DNA from: Ranitomeya imitator
Taxonomy: Eukaryota
Length of the DNA: 64,000 nt
Direction: 5' to 3'
Assembly (NCBI RefSeq): GCF_032444005.1
Contig: NC_091286.1
Span: forward strand, 72,230,001 to 72,294,000
The notes under the pieces are model-generated. The model had not been told where the DNA came from, did not search any database, and saw only the letters and a list, made by a program, of their open reading frames with translations. This document shows positions 1 to 13,550 of the stretch, in pieces. A program made the translations under genes and the position numbers. The first letter of the stretch is position 1. The number at the start of each line of letters is the position of its first letter.

Positions 1-393
1 CTATTTATTTGGTATATACTATTCATGACACCACTGTGCATAAACTTTTATGAGCTGCTGTTACCTACAAATACTTTGCTTGTTGACTTTTTGTATCTTA
101 ATCTACTTCATTAACAAAAATTCGTTGGGAGATGTATGGCACCTTTTTGGCCCCCTTGGAAATTTCCCAATGGAGACCTTTTGTTGATTTCTCATTTTAC
201 ACAGCATCCCAACTTTTTGGAAATTGAGGTTGTATGTGTATATTATATTATTATATTACAAAAAGATATATCTTTTTGTAACATGATCTATGGGGATTCA
301 GAAGTTGGACTCCCGTGATCACATGAAGAATCCTTTGGCTTAGAACTGTATATAACTTAAAGGGGTCTAAACTGTAATATGTATAATATATAT

Positions 394-1961
394 CTAAAAA
401 AAATAAAGGGAACACTAAAATACCACATCCTGAATGAAATATTCCAGTTGCAAATTTTTATTCATTGCATAAGGTAATGTGATCAGAACCATAAAACATA
501 ACAATTATCAATGTAAATCAAAATGAATATCCCAAGGTGGTCTGGAGTTGGAATGATTCTCAAAATCAAAGTGGAAAATCAAATTATAGGTTGATCCAAC
601 TTCAGTGGAAATGCCTCATGACAAGGAAAAGATGCTTAGTATTGTGTGTGACCTCCACGTGCCTGTATAACCTCCCTACTGTACAACTCCTGGGCATGCT
701 CCTGATGAGGCGGCGGATGGTCTCCTGAGAGATCTCCTCCCAGACCTGGACTAAAGCATCCGCCAACTCCTGGACAGTCTGTGGTGCAACATGACATTGG
801 TGGATAGCGCGAGACATGATGTCCCAGATGTGTTCAATCAGATTCAGGCTTGGGGAACGGGTGGGTCACTCCATAGCTTCAATGCCTTCATCTTGCAGGA
901 ACTGCTGACACACTCCAGCCACATGAGGTCTGGCATTGTCCTGCATTAGGAGGAACCAAGGGCCAACTGCACGAGCATATGGTCTCACAAGGGGTCTGAG
1001 GATCTCATCTTGGCACCTAATGGCAGTCAGGCTAACTCTGGCGAGCACATGGAGGGCTGTGCAGCCCTCCAAAGAAATGCCACGTCACACCATTACTGAT
1101 CCACTGCCAAACCGGTCATGCTGAAGGATGTTGCAGGCAGCAGATTGCTCTCCACGACATCTCCAGACTCTGCCACGTCTTTCACATGTGCTCAGTGTGA
1201 ACCTGCTTTCATCTGTGAAGAGCTCAGGGCACCAGTGGCGAATTTGCCAATCCTGGTGCTCTGTGGCAAATGCCTAGCGCTCTACACGGTGTTGGGCTGT
1301 GAGCACAACCCCGATCTGTGGATGTTGGGCACACAGACCCTCCTCAAGTAGTCGATTTATAACCGTTTGTGCAGACGCATGCCCATTTGTGGCCTGCTGG
1401 AGGTCATTTTGCAGGGCTCTGGCAGTGCTCCTCCTGTTCCTCCTTGCACAAAGGCAGAGGTTGCGGTCCTGCTGCTGGGTTTTTGCCCTCCTACGGCCCC
1501 CTCCACATCTGCAGGTATTGGCCTGTCTCCTGGCAGCGCCTCCAGCCTCTGGACACTACGCTGACAGACACAGCAAACCTTCTTGCCACATCTCGCACTG
1601 ATGTGCCATCCTGGATGAGCTGCACTACCTGACCCACTTGTGTGGGTTGTAGAGTCCGTCTCATGCTACCACGAGTGTGAAAGCACAACCAACATTCAAA
1701 AGTGACCAAAACATCAGCCAGAAAGCATTGGTACTGCGATGTGGTCTGTGGTCCCCACCTGCAGAACCACTCCTTTACTGAGGGTGTCTTGATAATTGCT
1801 AATAATTTCCATCTGTTGTCTATTCCATATGCAAAATAGCATGTGAAATTGATTGTCAATCAGTGCTGCTTCCTAAGTGGACAGTTTAATTTCACAGAAG
1901 TTTGATTTACTTGGAGTTATATTCTGCTGTTCAAGTGTTCCCTTTATTTTTTTGAGCAGTG
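394..1961 (-). mobile_element. Degenerate Tc1/mariner DNA transposon with fragmented transposase
   Basis: Terminal inverted repeats (aaaaaaataaagggaacact at ~396 / agtgttccctttatttttttgagcagtg ending 1961). Minus-strand ORF fragments: HTH region [37 protein letters not shown], and LVQVWEEISQETIRRLIRSMP. Broken by frameshifts and stops. Confidence 0.9.
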
Positions 1962-1967
1962 TGTATG

Positions 1968-1970
<3 letters not shown>

Positions 1971-2001
<31 letters not shown>
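1971..2001. repeat. (TA)n microsatellite
   Basis: About 15 TA units directly after the Tc1 end. Confidence 0.95.
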
Positions 2002-2003
<2 letters not shown>

Positions 2004-3373
2004 TGTATGTGAGAAGCGTGTGCATGAATTAGCAGTAACGAAGATCGCACCGCTGGGGCACCTATTATATGCTGCATACACACAGTATATGCCAGTGCCT
2101 AGAACAGTATACAGAATACACTTTCTTATGATTGATATATAATTAATATATAAAATACATTCACAGATACATAAATGTAAACAAGCAAAAGTCTGTACAG
2201 CAATAAAAACACTACAATAGCTAAATTGTAGCAAATATCCTACATATACGTAGAAAATGGTCGTATAACAACATTTAAATAGCTTAGAAACCAAACTCCC
2301 TTGTATTATATGGAATCAGTAAAATGTAATTCATCTAAAAGGCTTGGTGAATGCAGAAAGCCATAAAACTACACCATTAGATCATTTATAGGTGTTTCAA
2401 AGGGTTTTATAACGTGCAAGAGTTTTAAGGAATCTGTCGTTCCTTTTTTGTCACAATTGTCATCATATTAGCGGACATTAACCCTTCAGGTAACACTGAT
2501 AAGGGCGCACATAAAACATCACTGTCCTCCAAGTGACTCTCAATTATCAGGTTTATAGATAAGCTAGGCCTTACATACCGGGGCCTTCATGCCTTCTTTG
2601 AGAACTAAGATGTAGCTGAAATCCACCACAAGAAAGTTACCAAAAGCCACAAAGTTGGCATTTTCAGCTAGGATAAAAAAAGTTTATAAACGATTCTCCA
2701 ACCACTTACACAAGTTTAAAGGCAAACTGCAGCAATAAAACCTTCTATGTATAACGGGTCTCAAAAGTTCACTGAACACATGCGGAGCAGGCCCGCCACC
2801 GAAACAAAAGGGGCTATAGAAATAAATACAAATAAAACGGCTGAACATATGCAAGCCCTAGGTTTCTAATAGCCTTATTGTTTAGAGGCACTTTCTAAAC
2901 TATAATCTTGAGAGGGATGATTTGATGGTGTGGCCCACCAGAGAAAATGATCGACAGCCCACATGCCAAACGCATAGAAAAAAAACGGTTCTACGTTGAT
3001 AGAATTTCAATCTCAACTGATTTACCCCTGTGTAGACGAGACTATCATGTTATAGCCAGGGCAAACCAGTGGTGATTATACTCCCCTAGTGGGCAATTCT
3101 AATCCTGGGTTCAGACAAAAAAGAAAAAAATACTTACATCACTTCCCGGTCCTCTTCTTTCCACCGCCGTCACATCTCCGGCCTCCTGACTATAGGCTGC
3201 ATCAAGGCAAGATATCACTGCGCATCATCAAGGTCGCAACCTTATAATGTGCAGTGTCACGGCCAGAAGTCCTGGTCTATAGTGAAGAGGCCAAAGATGA
3301 GATGTGCAACGATGGAAAGAAGAGGACTGGACCGTGGGCATTGAGGCGTCAGGATAGATAAGCAATAAGGTAA

Positions 3374-3782
3374 AGGCCCCGTCACACTTAGCGACGCTAA
3401 AGCGATCCCGACAACGATACGACCTGTCAGGGATCGTTGCTGCGTCGCTATGTGGTCGCTGGTGAGATGTCAAACAGTGCGATCTCCCCAACGACGCAGC
3501 AGCGATGCGGCGACCTGTAGCGACCTGTAGAACGATGCTATTTCATGATGATTCAATGGGACGTCCTGTCAACGAGGTCGTTGGTAAGGTGTCAAACACA
3601 GAGATGTGTGCTACCCAGCGGGACCTCAACGATCAAAAAATGGTCCAGGCCATTCCGACACGACCAGCGATCTCACAGCAGGGGCCTGATCGCTGCTACG
3701 TGTCACACATAGCGAGATAACTACTGAGATCGCTGTTGCGTCACAAAACTCGCTAGCGATCTCGCTAAGTGTGACGGGGCCT
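3374..3782. mobile_element. PIF/Harbinger-like MITE
   Basis: TIR aggccccgtcacacttagcga / tcgctaagtgtgacggggcct with TAA on both sides; non-coding and internally palindromic. Confidence 0.8.
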
Positions 3783-4772
3783 TAAGTGTTGGTAGAAGAT
3801 AGAAGAAACTAATACTCACCTCTCAAACCGCCTCGCTGTCTGCCAACTGTTACTCTTCTCTCTGGCATCGTGCACCACATCTCTGGTCTGTCCATTACAG
3901 GCCAGGACTTCTGGCTGCGTCAAGGCCTCGGAGGTCACTTTGTATCATAAGAACATGGAGCACGTCTTGATGTCATTACGTTGTAAACTTACAACAGGCA
4001 GTCGTCTCCGAGACGTGGACAGACTCCTGTACTTTAGTGAAGAGGTCCGAGCTCTTAGATGGAAAAAAGACGAGCAGATGGCGGGCAGTGAGCATTGGCG
4101 TGGCCAGAGAAGTACAGATGAGGTATTAGTTTGTTTTCTTTTTTCAAACTTGCATACAAATTTGGGCTGCGAACAAACCGGCAGAACCTATCTAGTTTGT
4201 AACCCAGAGACTATATGAATGTGTTTTCTCCATGTGGAGGATATAAAAGGCCACGTGGGTATTAGTGTGAGTTGGTAGTGGGTCTGTGGTATCTGTCAGC
4301 CGAGGGCTCTAGAACGGAATATATATTTTTATTAATAAAATTTCTAAACTTGTCAACTTATCTAAATTCCTATGAAAGTTAATAAATTAACTAACCAATA
4401 TGATTAATGGATATTTTTATTTTAATGGTAAAGTCAGTACATTCCTACCATTTCCAACTCCATCCAAAACTAGCTTCGACTCTACAGCCCTAGCCGGCAA
4501 ACACCACCAATTTCTGTAGGACTAGCTGACTAAATTAGCTGTATTCTTGCCTCCTTACAGTTAAGGTCGGGGTAATGGAAGATCAAGCATTTTGAGTTCT
4601 AACGCCTCTTCCTTTTTTTTTACAGGGGAGATAGGCCACTGCCAGAGGTGTCTGACAGTGGCTTACCTAACTATCCAATTAAAGACACATTCATGCTCGG
4701 CCAAGCTAGAGTATAGGAGTTGAGAGGAAAAGCTGTCAGCCAACAACATTTAAAGGTGCATGGGCACCTATA

Positions 4773-4970
4773 GGCCACGTGCACACAATGACTATTTGGT
4801 CACTATTTTACGTCAATATTTGTAAGCCAAAACCAGGAGTGGGTAAAAAAAAATGCAGAAGTGGTGCACGTGTTTCCATTATACCTTTCCTCTGACTGTT
4901 CCACTCCTGGTTTTGGCTTACAAATACTGAGGTAAAAAAAAATCACCAATTACTCAACATGTACGAGACC
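4773..4970. mobile_element. Palindromic MITE (same family as 16272-16451 and 41284-41478)
   Basis: Internal inverted repeat tttgtaagccaaaaccaggagtgg / ccactcctggttttggcttacaaa; three dispersed copies in the window. Confidence 0.8.
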
Positions 4971-6140
4971 TTAAAGCTAGGGCTTCTTGGAGTGGAGTTA
5001 AAGCTGTGGTAAGGTTAGTCATACCTTAAAGAGGTTGTCTACTACTTTTTAATTGATGACCTAGCCTTAGGACAGGTCATCAATGTTTGATCGGCCGGGT
5101 CCAACACACCCGCCGATCAGCTGTTCTCGAAAATGCTCACTTGTGGAGCTGGTGGTTTTCTGGTAGTGGCCGCCACAGGGTGTAATGAGACCAGGGGCTG
5201 CAAGGTTCTAGGAGACTCAGTCAGCCCTGTTATGTAGGTAGGAGACTGGGCTTAATTTACCAGACCCTGTAACAGGGAAAATCAACAATAAAAATATTAA
5301 ATCAATATGTTCAAATGCTCCCCAAATGGTCTTTTAAGGGGGTACATTGGCACATTATGTAAAGTAAATGAAAAAAATTTTAGCCAAAAAAAAAAAACAC
5401 CAATCTAAATTGGGTGCACAATTTAAAAATATTTTTTTTTCCTAGATGACAAAAATACACACATTTCCTATTTTTCTTTACATTTTTTCCTAATATCAGA
5501 AAAAAAATATAAAAAAATTACATAAAAATTAAGTCTTATGTACTATGAAAAAAATCTGTAAAAATAATTTATTAAATAAATCTGAAAATGTGCCTGGCCC
5601 GGTCCTGATCTGGTTAAAGGAAACGGTCTTTCAACATACTTTACATAAATCAATAGTTCATGTGAACATATGAAACTTTGTAATATGTCTTATCAGATAA
5701 ATTTGCTTCCTTCCACACGTATCAAACACTTTTTCCTCCCCACTGGCCTCCTGAACGTGTCATCTACTGTGAAAAAACTACGCAAATCAGTCTTGCTCAG
5801 ACAATATGACTATTAACATCCCGAGGCATCATGTGACACAGCTTGATATACTCTATGGGGAGGAGAGGAGGGAGGAGAAGAGAAAAACAGTGAGAAAATA
5901 GACAGAGGAAGACACAAACAGTGCGTAACATTTTAACAAGACTTTTACCTCAAGCCACAGCTAGATTCACATCCACACTGCTCAGTACTACTGCAAAATT
6001 TCCTCCATTCAGGGTTTGCTACTTTTCTCTATTCGTTAAATAAATGAACCAGCAGAAATCACTCATGTCTATGTGTACTTTCTATAAGAAACATCATAGC
6101 ATCTAGTATCTGCCTACTATCTTAGAGTCAATTGCAAATC

Positions 6141-6724
6141 TGTCACACACAGTGCAGGAAAGACTAAGTGCAACACGATGTGATAAGGGGAAGGGAACCC
6201 AACACTAGGGAAGGGGGAATGGAGATCCCTAGGCAGATGTTATGTCACCCTGTCTGCCCTCAGCATCCCTATATAGGTTCCACACATATCGCCGAGCAGG
6301 ATACTTAAACCCTGCCTGACCCTGGCGATGAGCCCTGCATTGGGAATGACAGGATGTACACTGGTCAATCCCCACTACCACTAAAGACAAAAGAGGACAG
6401 ACAAACAAGGGGAACACTTAGCTTGAGTAGACTCAGAGAGAAACACAGACTTCCTACAGCAGCACCAAAATGGAAGATTTTGGAAGATAGCCGACTGCTA
6501 TAGCTCCAAGCCTTAACAGGGAAATAAAAATATCACCGTCCACTCCCAGTGGCAAGCTGGGAGTTATAAACACCCCGGTCCAGGTGTGTCAACTAGAGCT
6601 GGGGGAAGTTTGCCACTGGTCCTAGAGTCAGAAGGACCAGGAAGAAGTCTGTAAAACAAACTGCTGAGACCTTCTGCAGTCAGATGCAGTGCAACGGTCT
6701 GCAGCCTCTGACACACCCGTGACA
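6141..6724. mobile_element. Solo LTR of an LTR retrotransposon (Gypsy/BEL-like)
   Basis: TGTCAC...GTGACA termini with a perfect 5-bp target-site duplication AAATC (6136-6140 / 6725-6729); 584 bp. Confidence 0.75.
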
Positions 6725-8219
6725 AAATCAGAGAAAGAATCCACAATGAGGGAAAAATGGAGAAAATGCTGTATACAATTCATATAATCGCCAGATACAG
6801 TGGTATTTGTCATGTACACAGGACAGCTTATTTTAAAAAGTTACATGAAAGTACAGTTACCCTATAAAAAAAAGCAAAGGTCGACAATGGTGAAGAAAAA
6901 TGCAATTTCTACATTTCTATTTTAGGATCGTTTCAATGTGCAGTTTAAAAACCATTTTAAAAAAACCTTGAACTTGAAAAAAAAAAAAGATTTTTTTTTA
7001 TTATTTTATACAATAAAAGGCCAATATGGTTAAAAAAATAAAGTACTGATACTTATTAAAAATGATAAAAAAACGTACCGTCATTTTTGTCCCCCCAAAA
7101 AAAACAAAGTAGAAATATTTTCAAAATGTTAAAAAATAAAACTGGCAACAGCAGTTTGACCAGGACATGCAAACACTCACTCTTTCCAATTGTACTGTGC
7201 AATTTTTTGGCCCAAACTCAATAGACCTATTACGGTAATTATTATTATTGCTATGACTTCATTATGTACATACAATGGGTCTTACAATAATTTTTTTTAT
7301 TTTAAACCTGATGAAAATGATATTGACCTGGGGAATACACATATAATGTTCAGGCTGCTGGTCTTTTCTCCAGGTCTCTGAAACCCTGTGTGGGATTAGA
7401 TGGTGCTACACATGTATTAATGGTGTACACAATTCTCCTGTTTCTTCACTATTAACAAGCTTCCTCACATGAAAGGTAGAAGTTTGCCTTCCATTAAGAT
7501 ACCGATGATAAAAAGCAAGTAATAAGATAGAGGCGACTGTAAATATCAGTGACAGGGCTGATAGTGGAGTCCATTTAAGGCTGTTAGTTTATCAAGACGT
7601 TGTCCTGATGAGTCCATCTAGTCACTCACGGGTAGAAGACTAAAGCCAACTCTAATCTATAGCGGAAAGAGAGAGGATGATGAGCAAATCTACATGAAGT
7701 TCTCACTATAGAAACTCCAAACTGATTGTTCTTAAAGCGTCTACTCAGACTAACCACACTAGTATTTCCACCCCCCATCCTGATGACCCGAAAGCATAAG
7801 AAACAATATTGACATCTTCTGTTGCATGCCGCATTATGGAGATATCCTCGTACAGAAGTATTGCTCCTTGTTGTGAATATCTTCAATATTTGGCACCCCA
7901 CGATTTGTGACATTGGGGCTACGAGAACCTTCTTGAGCCGTACTGTCTATATATTCTAACTGCATTCAAATAACAATCATACAAATAAATTTGTATGAAC
8001 TCAAAAATCACTTCCAAAAACTTGTCCCACAAACAACAAGGCCCTAAACTACTTTGTAAACGTGAAAACAAAAAAAAGTTGTGACTGATAAAATGTTGTA
8101 AGGCAGAAATAATTCTGTGGTCCTAAATGTCAAAACTGACTCCGGTCCTTAACTTTGTTCACCTTGCACTTGTCATCAGTCACTAATACCAGACCTATGC
8201 TAAGATTAGGAGGCATCTA

Positions 8220-9569
8220 CAGTTAGGTCCAGAAATAATTTGGACAGTGGTCGTATCTTTGCGATTTTGACTCTGTGTGCCAATATTATGGATTTAAAAT
8301 GAAACAAATGAGATGCAACCGGAGTGTAGTTTTTTTCACAACGTCTAATCAGTCATTTCTCTTTTTAAGGCCGATTAATGGTTGGCACCTTGTGGTGAAC
8401 CCTCTGTATTTGCCCTCATGAAGTCTTCTCTTTATGGTAGACTTAGTGAAACACCTACATCTTGGAGAGTGTTCTTCACTTTGATGGATGTTGCAAAGGG
8501 GTTTTTCTTCACTATGGACAGAATCCTATTCACAGCAACAGCTTCAAACTAGAAATGCCACACCTGGAATCAGCTCCAGACCTTTTACCTGCTTAAATGA
8601 TGATGCATCAACGAGGGAATAGCGCATGCAGACCATTCATAAGCTTTTGAATTAATTGTCTAATTACCTTTTCTCTCAATTAGGATGAGAATACCTGGAA
8701 ATCAAAGTCGAGAGTCTGCACTTAGGGTACCGTCACACTATACGATTTACCAACGATCACGACCAGCGATACGACCTGGCCGTGATCGTTGGTAAGTCGT
8801 AGTGTGGTCGCTGGAGAGCTGTCACACAGACAGCTCTCCAGCGACCAACGATGCCGAGGTCCCCGGGTAACCAGGGTAAACATCGGGTTACTAAGCGCAG
8901 GACCGCGCTTAGTAACCCGATGTTTACCCTGGTTACCAGCGTAAAAAAACCCAAACAGTACATACTTACATTCCGGTGTCTGTCCCTTGCCGTCTGCTTC
9001 CCGCACTCACTGACTGCCGGCCGTAAAGTGAAAGCACAGCACAGCGGTGACGTCACCGCTGTGCTCTGCTTTCACTTTACGGCCGGCAGTCAGTGAGTGC
9101 GGGAAGCAGACGGCAAGGGACCTGACGGACACCGGAATGTAAGTATGTACTGTTTGGTTTTTTTTACATTTACACTGGTAACCAGGATAAACATCGGGTT
9201 ACTAAGCGCGGTCCTGCGCTTAGTAACCCGATGTTTACCCTGGTTACAAGCGAACGCATCGCTAGATCGGTGTCACACACACCGATCCAGCGATGACAGC
9301 GGGAGATCCAGCGACGAAAGAAAGTTCCAAACGATCTGCTACGACGTACGATTCTCAGCAGGATCCCTGATCGCTGCTGCGTGTCAGACATCATCGTAAC
9401 GATATCGCTGGAACGTCACGAATCGTACCGTCATAGCGACAAAAGTGCCACTGTGTGACGGTACCCTTAAACCCTATATTGATAATATATCTGTACCTTG
9501 AATATCTTTTGGTAAATGGTTAAAATACCAAAACTTGTGTCAGTATCCAGATATTTCTGGACCTAACTG
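8220..9569. mobile_element. Internally deleted Tc1-like element
   Basis: TA|cagttaggtccagaaata ... tatttctggacctaactg|TA; interior has degraded transposase-like sequence; interrupted by a MITE. Confidence 0.85.
8725..9466. mobile_element. PIF/Harbinger-like MITE with nested palindromes, inserted in the Tc1 derivative
   Basis: TIR gggtaccgtcacac / gtgtgacggtaccc with TTA duplication; two inverted copies of a ~33-bp-arm hairpin plus a central palindrome. Confidence 0.85.
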
Positions 9570-9600
9570 TATGTGATATTTGTCTACAGTACATGTTTAA

Positions 9601-10493
9601 AGGAAAGCCATCACATGGAAAAAAAAAACTACTACCCTGTAGATATGGGCTAACCTGCAGATTAATAGCGTTGTGAACTTGCCTGGTGCGAACACTAACA
9701 CCCCCGCTGTTAGGATGACATCAACTTCATTCCTCCCAGTAACCTTTGAGTTTCAGTCACAGTGGCGGCTCCAACGCGGGTTCAGTTTCAATCATCGCTC
9801 TGTGTATAGAGCGCAGCAGTTGTAACCGCGCCCGGCACTGACTGACAGCTAGCCCAGCATTAGAGGTGGCTCTCAGTCAGTGCCAGGGGCACGGTTGCAG
9901 CCACCGCTCATTATACACAGTGCAGTGACTGAACTCGGGTCGGCGCCGCCACCGTGACTCAAACCTGAACGTTAAGGTACCGTCACACTCAGCGACGCTG
10001 CAGCGATATAGACAACGAGCCGATCGCTGGTGCGTCGCTGTTTAGGTCGCTGTAGAGACGTCAAACACAGCAACTCCAGAACGATGCAGGAGCGATCCAG
10101 TGACGTAACGGCGACTCACTTATCGTTCTCGCTGGTTGTTAGCTCCATGTAAAACGTTGCTGGCATTGTTGCTTTTGATGTCAAACATGACGATACACGC
10201 CGACCTGATGACGAAATAAAGTTCTGGCCTTCTAGCTCCGACCAGCGATGGCACAGCGGGATCCTGATCGCTGCTGCGTGTCAAACACAACGAGATCGCT
10301 ATCCAGGACGCTGCAACGTCACGGATCGTTGTCGTTCTCGTTGTAAAGTTGCTGAGTGTGAAGGTAGCTTTACCGGGAGGAATAAAGTTCAATTCCTCCC
10401 AGCAGTGGGGGTCTGAGTGCTGGCACATGGCAAGTTCAGAATTGAGGTTCAAAATTAACCCCACCTCCGTAGGTTTCATATGACAGGTTTCCT
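9601..10493. mobile_element. T2/Kolobok-type MITE (TTAA target)
   Basis: TTAA|aggaaagccatca ... tgacaggtttcct|TTAA; carries a nested Harbinger-like MITE. Confidence 0.75.
9976..10368. mobile_element. PIF/Harbinger-like MITE (related to 3374-3782)
   Basis: TIR ggtaccgtcacactcagc / gctgagtgtgaaggtagc; interior similar to the 3374 copy. Confidence 0.75.
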
Positions 10494-12399
10494 TTAATAA
10501 AAGTAAATTACCGTATCTCACCAAAAAAGCACCAAAAACGCATAGCTGCTTCATGTGGTGAAAAAAACGCCTAACCGTCAGGGACGCAGAGGGCTGTCAT
10601 CCTGCAAACAGGAAATACACTATGAGAAGCAATTCAGAAACTGCTGTATTCTATTTAACCTGGAATAAAATGCATGAAACCACTTCTTGTCATAAGTCGG
10701 AGCCAGTGACCCACAGAATTGTAAATTTTGCTGTTGACTATCAGACTGCACGGTGAATTTTGAGGGTGAACGCTTGAGGTGACGCGTCTCCCCTGATCCT
10801 GCTAACAGTATGTACAACTGCTAACTACAATTTATCTCGGATTTACTTTCCAAATGTTTTCTACTTTTCACCACTTTTTAACAACTGACTGACATTATTT
10901 TATTAGCTACAAACTGGCTACTTGAGACACCGCGAGCCGGAGTACAACCTTCCATAAAAAAAAGAGACCCTGCATCACAAGTCACCAACTGAAACAAGAC
11001 ACTGCCCTGGAACTTTATGGTAACAGACACACACGCCGTCATTATCGTAAAAAATCACAACAGCGCTGGGTATAGGCAGGCAAGTAGATGTGCGCGTCAT
11101 CGAGTAAAAGCCAACATCTCTCAGTAAGCCAGCGGATATTGGGATCAATACATTGTCCATGAAAAGTTCATGTTCTCAACGGGTAATCAAACTTTTTAAA
11201 AAAGTTTGGATATTTTATAGGCAGCATTTAGTAATGGCAGCATTTAGTAATGGGACTCAGAGTTCTGATACCCCTACCGGAAGCTAAAGAGAAAAGGAAG
11301 CATCGCTCAGGCAATCTCAATGCGCGAGCAGAACTATATACTCACTTTTCCTTTAGGGAATCTGTCAGCAGAATGAAGTAGGGACAGAGACCCTGATTCC
11401 AGTGATGTAGCACTTAGTTTGCTGGGTGCAGCAGTTGTGATAGAATCAATTTTCCATGCTGCAGATCTAGCAGAGCTCTGAATGCTGAGCCCTGTATAAC
11501 CCGCACACATCACTGAGTGGCAGCTTTCTGTGTACATTGTATAGTGAAAGAGAGCTGCTAATCAGTGCTGGGGGTGGACTAGGAGGCACAAGGACAGTTG
11601 TCCCCTAGCATTAATCTCCTGCTGATAAAAAACTGATTGTATTAAAAACAGCAAGACACAGTCCAGTAAGTGACACATCCCTGGAATTCCTTTATAATTC
11701 CTTTATAATCTACGGAGTCTGAAGACATGGATTCCCACCAATCACACCTACTAAAAAGGAGCAGCCACATATCAAAACTGTTAAAAAGTTTGGTTACCCT
11801 TTTGTAAATGACAAATATTTGATGATCTGGAAGAGGGGGTGTAAATTCTTGGACTAAGTTAAAAAGATTCCCGGCTCTGTGATTCTGAGATCAACTCACT
11901 TCAGTTTTAGGGCTAATTCACACATGCGTATGAAAATATGGAAGTGTACTATAGCTGTTTTTTATTCCCTGCTGATTCTGTTTTTATTTCATTTTGTGTT
12001 CGGTCTTGTTTGATCATCTGTACTACTTTCATTTTATTGTTAATTCCTTAATTATTTTTGCTGTTTATATAATGTAAAAAATATGGATATAATACAAAAA
12101 AAAAGAAAAGAAAAAGAACAGTATTTATTAAATACAACCCATTTTTTGAATAAAGTAGTTCCCACATGTCCTCACCAGAACATGCGTATAGAAGAATGAA
12201 AATGCTAATGAAAACATTTTAATGTATTGGCCACAAAGTTACAATGAAAAAAAAAAAAGAATGGTATCACTACTGATAATGTGCAAGTCTGGATGAGCCC
12301 TTGCATGGTCATACATTTAGAAGTCTTGCATCAAAGGGAAGCGGCGCCCATGATGGTGCACTTGAAGTGGTGCAAAACTAAACGTTTGCCTTCAGTTTC

Positions 12400-13550
12400 A
12401 TTGTATGTTTGGGCCAAGACAGTTCATGAAGTTTCTTCCCTCCTAAATATTACACCATCATCTGTGAGTGGGATTAATGAAAAGTGGAAGGAACCGCAGC
12501 AACTCAGCCATAAAGTTATAGACTGAGGTCACCAAGAGGTGAAGAGCAGACTTCTTAATGTCGTCAACATTTTGCTGACTCATCTTCAGAATCCAAATCT
12601 CACCTAGCATTAACTCCAGTATGAAAACTATATCCTCACCAAGAGCTCCATGGGGTGGGTTACCACGGCCGAGCTAATTCAAGCAGGCCTTACATCACCA
12701 AGCACGATACAAGTCGTTATCTAGAGTGGTGTAAAGCCACCAGTACTGGACTCTGATGGAGTGGAAACATGTTCTCTGGAGCAATGGATCACATTTCTCC
12801 ATCTGGTAATTCTTTGGAGGAGTGGCCTTGGTAAATTCCAGATCAACTGCATGGCACTTCTTGGTGCCAACCATAAAATTTAGTGGAGGAGTGACAATGC
12901 GATGGGGTTGTTTCTCAGGGGTTGTCCATGGCTCTTAGTTCCAGTGAAGGGAAATCTTGATACTTCAAGACATTTTGGACAATTGTAACTTCCAGCTTTG
13001 GGGAATGGTTTGAGAAAGGCCCTGTTCTGTTCAAAGTCCATCAAGGCATGGTTGGGTGAGCTTTGTGTGGAAGGACTTGACCTCAACCTCATCCGACACC
13101 TATGAGATGAAATACAACAGAGCTTGCAACCCAGAACTTCTCATCCAACATCAGTGTCTGGCCTCACAAACGCTCTTCTCAGTATTATTACTATTATTGC
13201 TTAGCTTATACAGCGCCTTCATATTCCATAACGTTTAACATACAACATCATCTCTATCCCCATTAGGGCTCACAATCTAAATTCCCTATCAGTATGTGTT
13301 TGGAGTGTGGAAAGAAAGAAGAGAACCCGGAGGAAACCCACGCAAACGCAGGGAGAACATACAAACTCACTGAAGATGTTGTCCTTGGTGGGACTTGATC
13401 CAAGAACCAAACCAACAGTGTTAACCACTGAGCCACCGTGCTCTTTTGGATGAATTGCCAAAAATTCCCACAAACACCTACAAAATGTTGTCCAAAAACT
13501 TCCCAGAATAATGGAAGCTGTTGCACCTGCACAGTAGGGAGCCACATGAA
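12400..13550 (+). mobile_element. Highly degraded Tc1 transposase remnant
   Basis: Fragments resembling VHEVSSLLNI..S.VSGI..KWK and VPTIKFSGG...WGCFSG (Tc1 catalytic region); interrupted by a SINE. Confidence 0.7.
13175..13440 (-). mobile_element. V-SINE (tRNA-derived head, L2-like tail)
   Basis: The minus strand starts cacggtggctcagtggttaacac (A-box), contains the V-domain-like core gtttgtatgttctccc...gcgtgggtttcctccggg, and ends in a gcgctgtataag...aataatag tail. Confidence 0.75.

Noticed and set aside
2575-2667. 93-nt minus-strand exon-like segment (good AG/GT) encoding GNFLVVDFSYIL, vaguely like SLX4IP GNFAVLVDLHIL
   Set aside because: Length, phase and the rest of the peptide do not fit the SLX4IP exon as I recall it (no CGN start, no WFS motif). 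Probably chance; RNA-seq or tBLASTn would settle it.
7600-7800. Two CTGATGA hammerhead-core-like words (7606, 7780)
   Set aside because: Helix II and GAAA or the cleavage triplet cannot be completed, so no valid hammerhead fold results.
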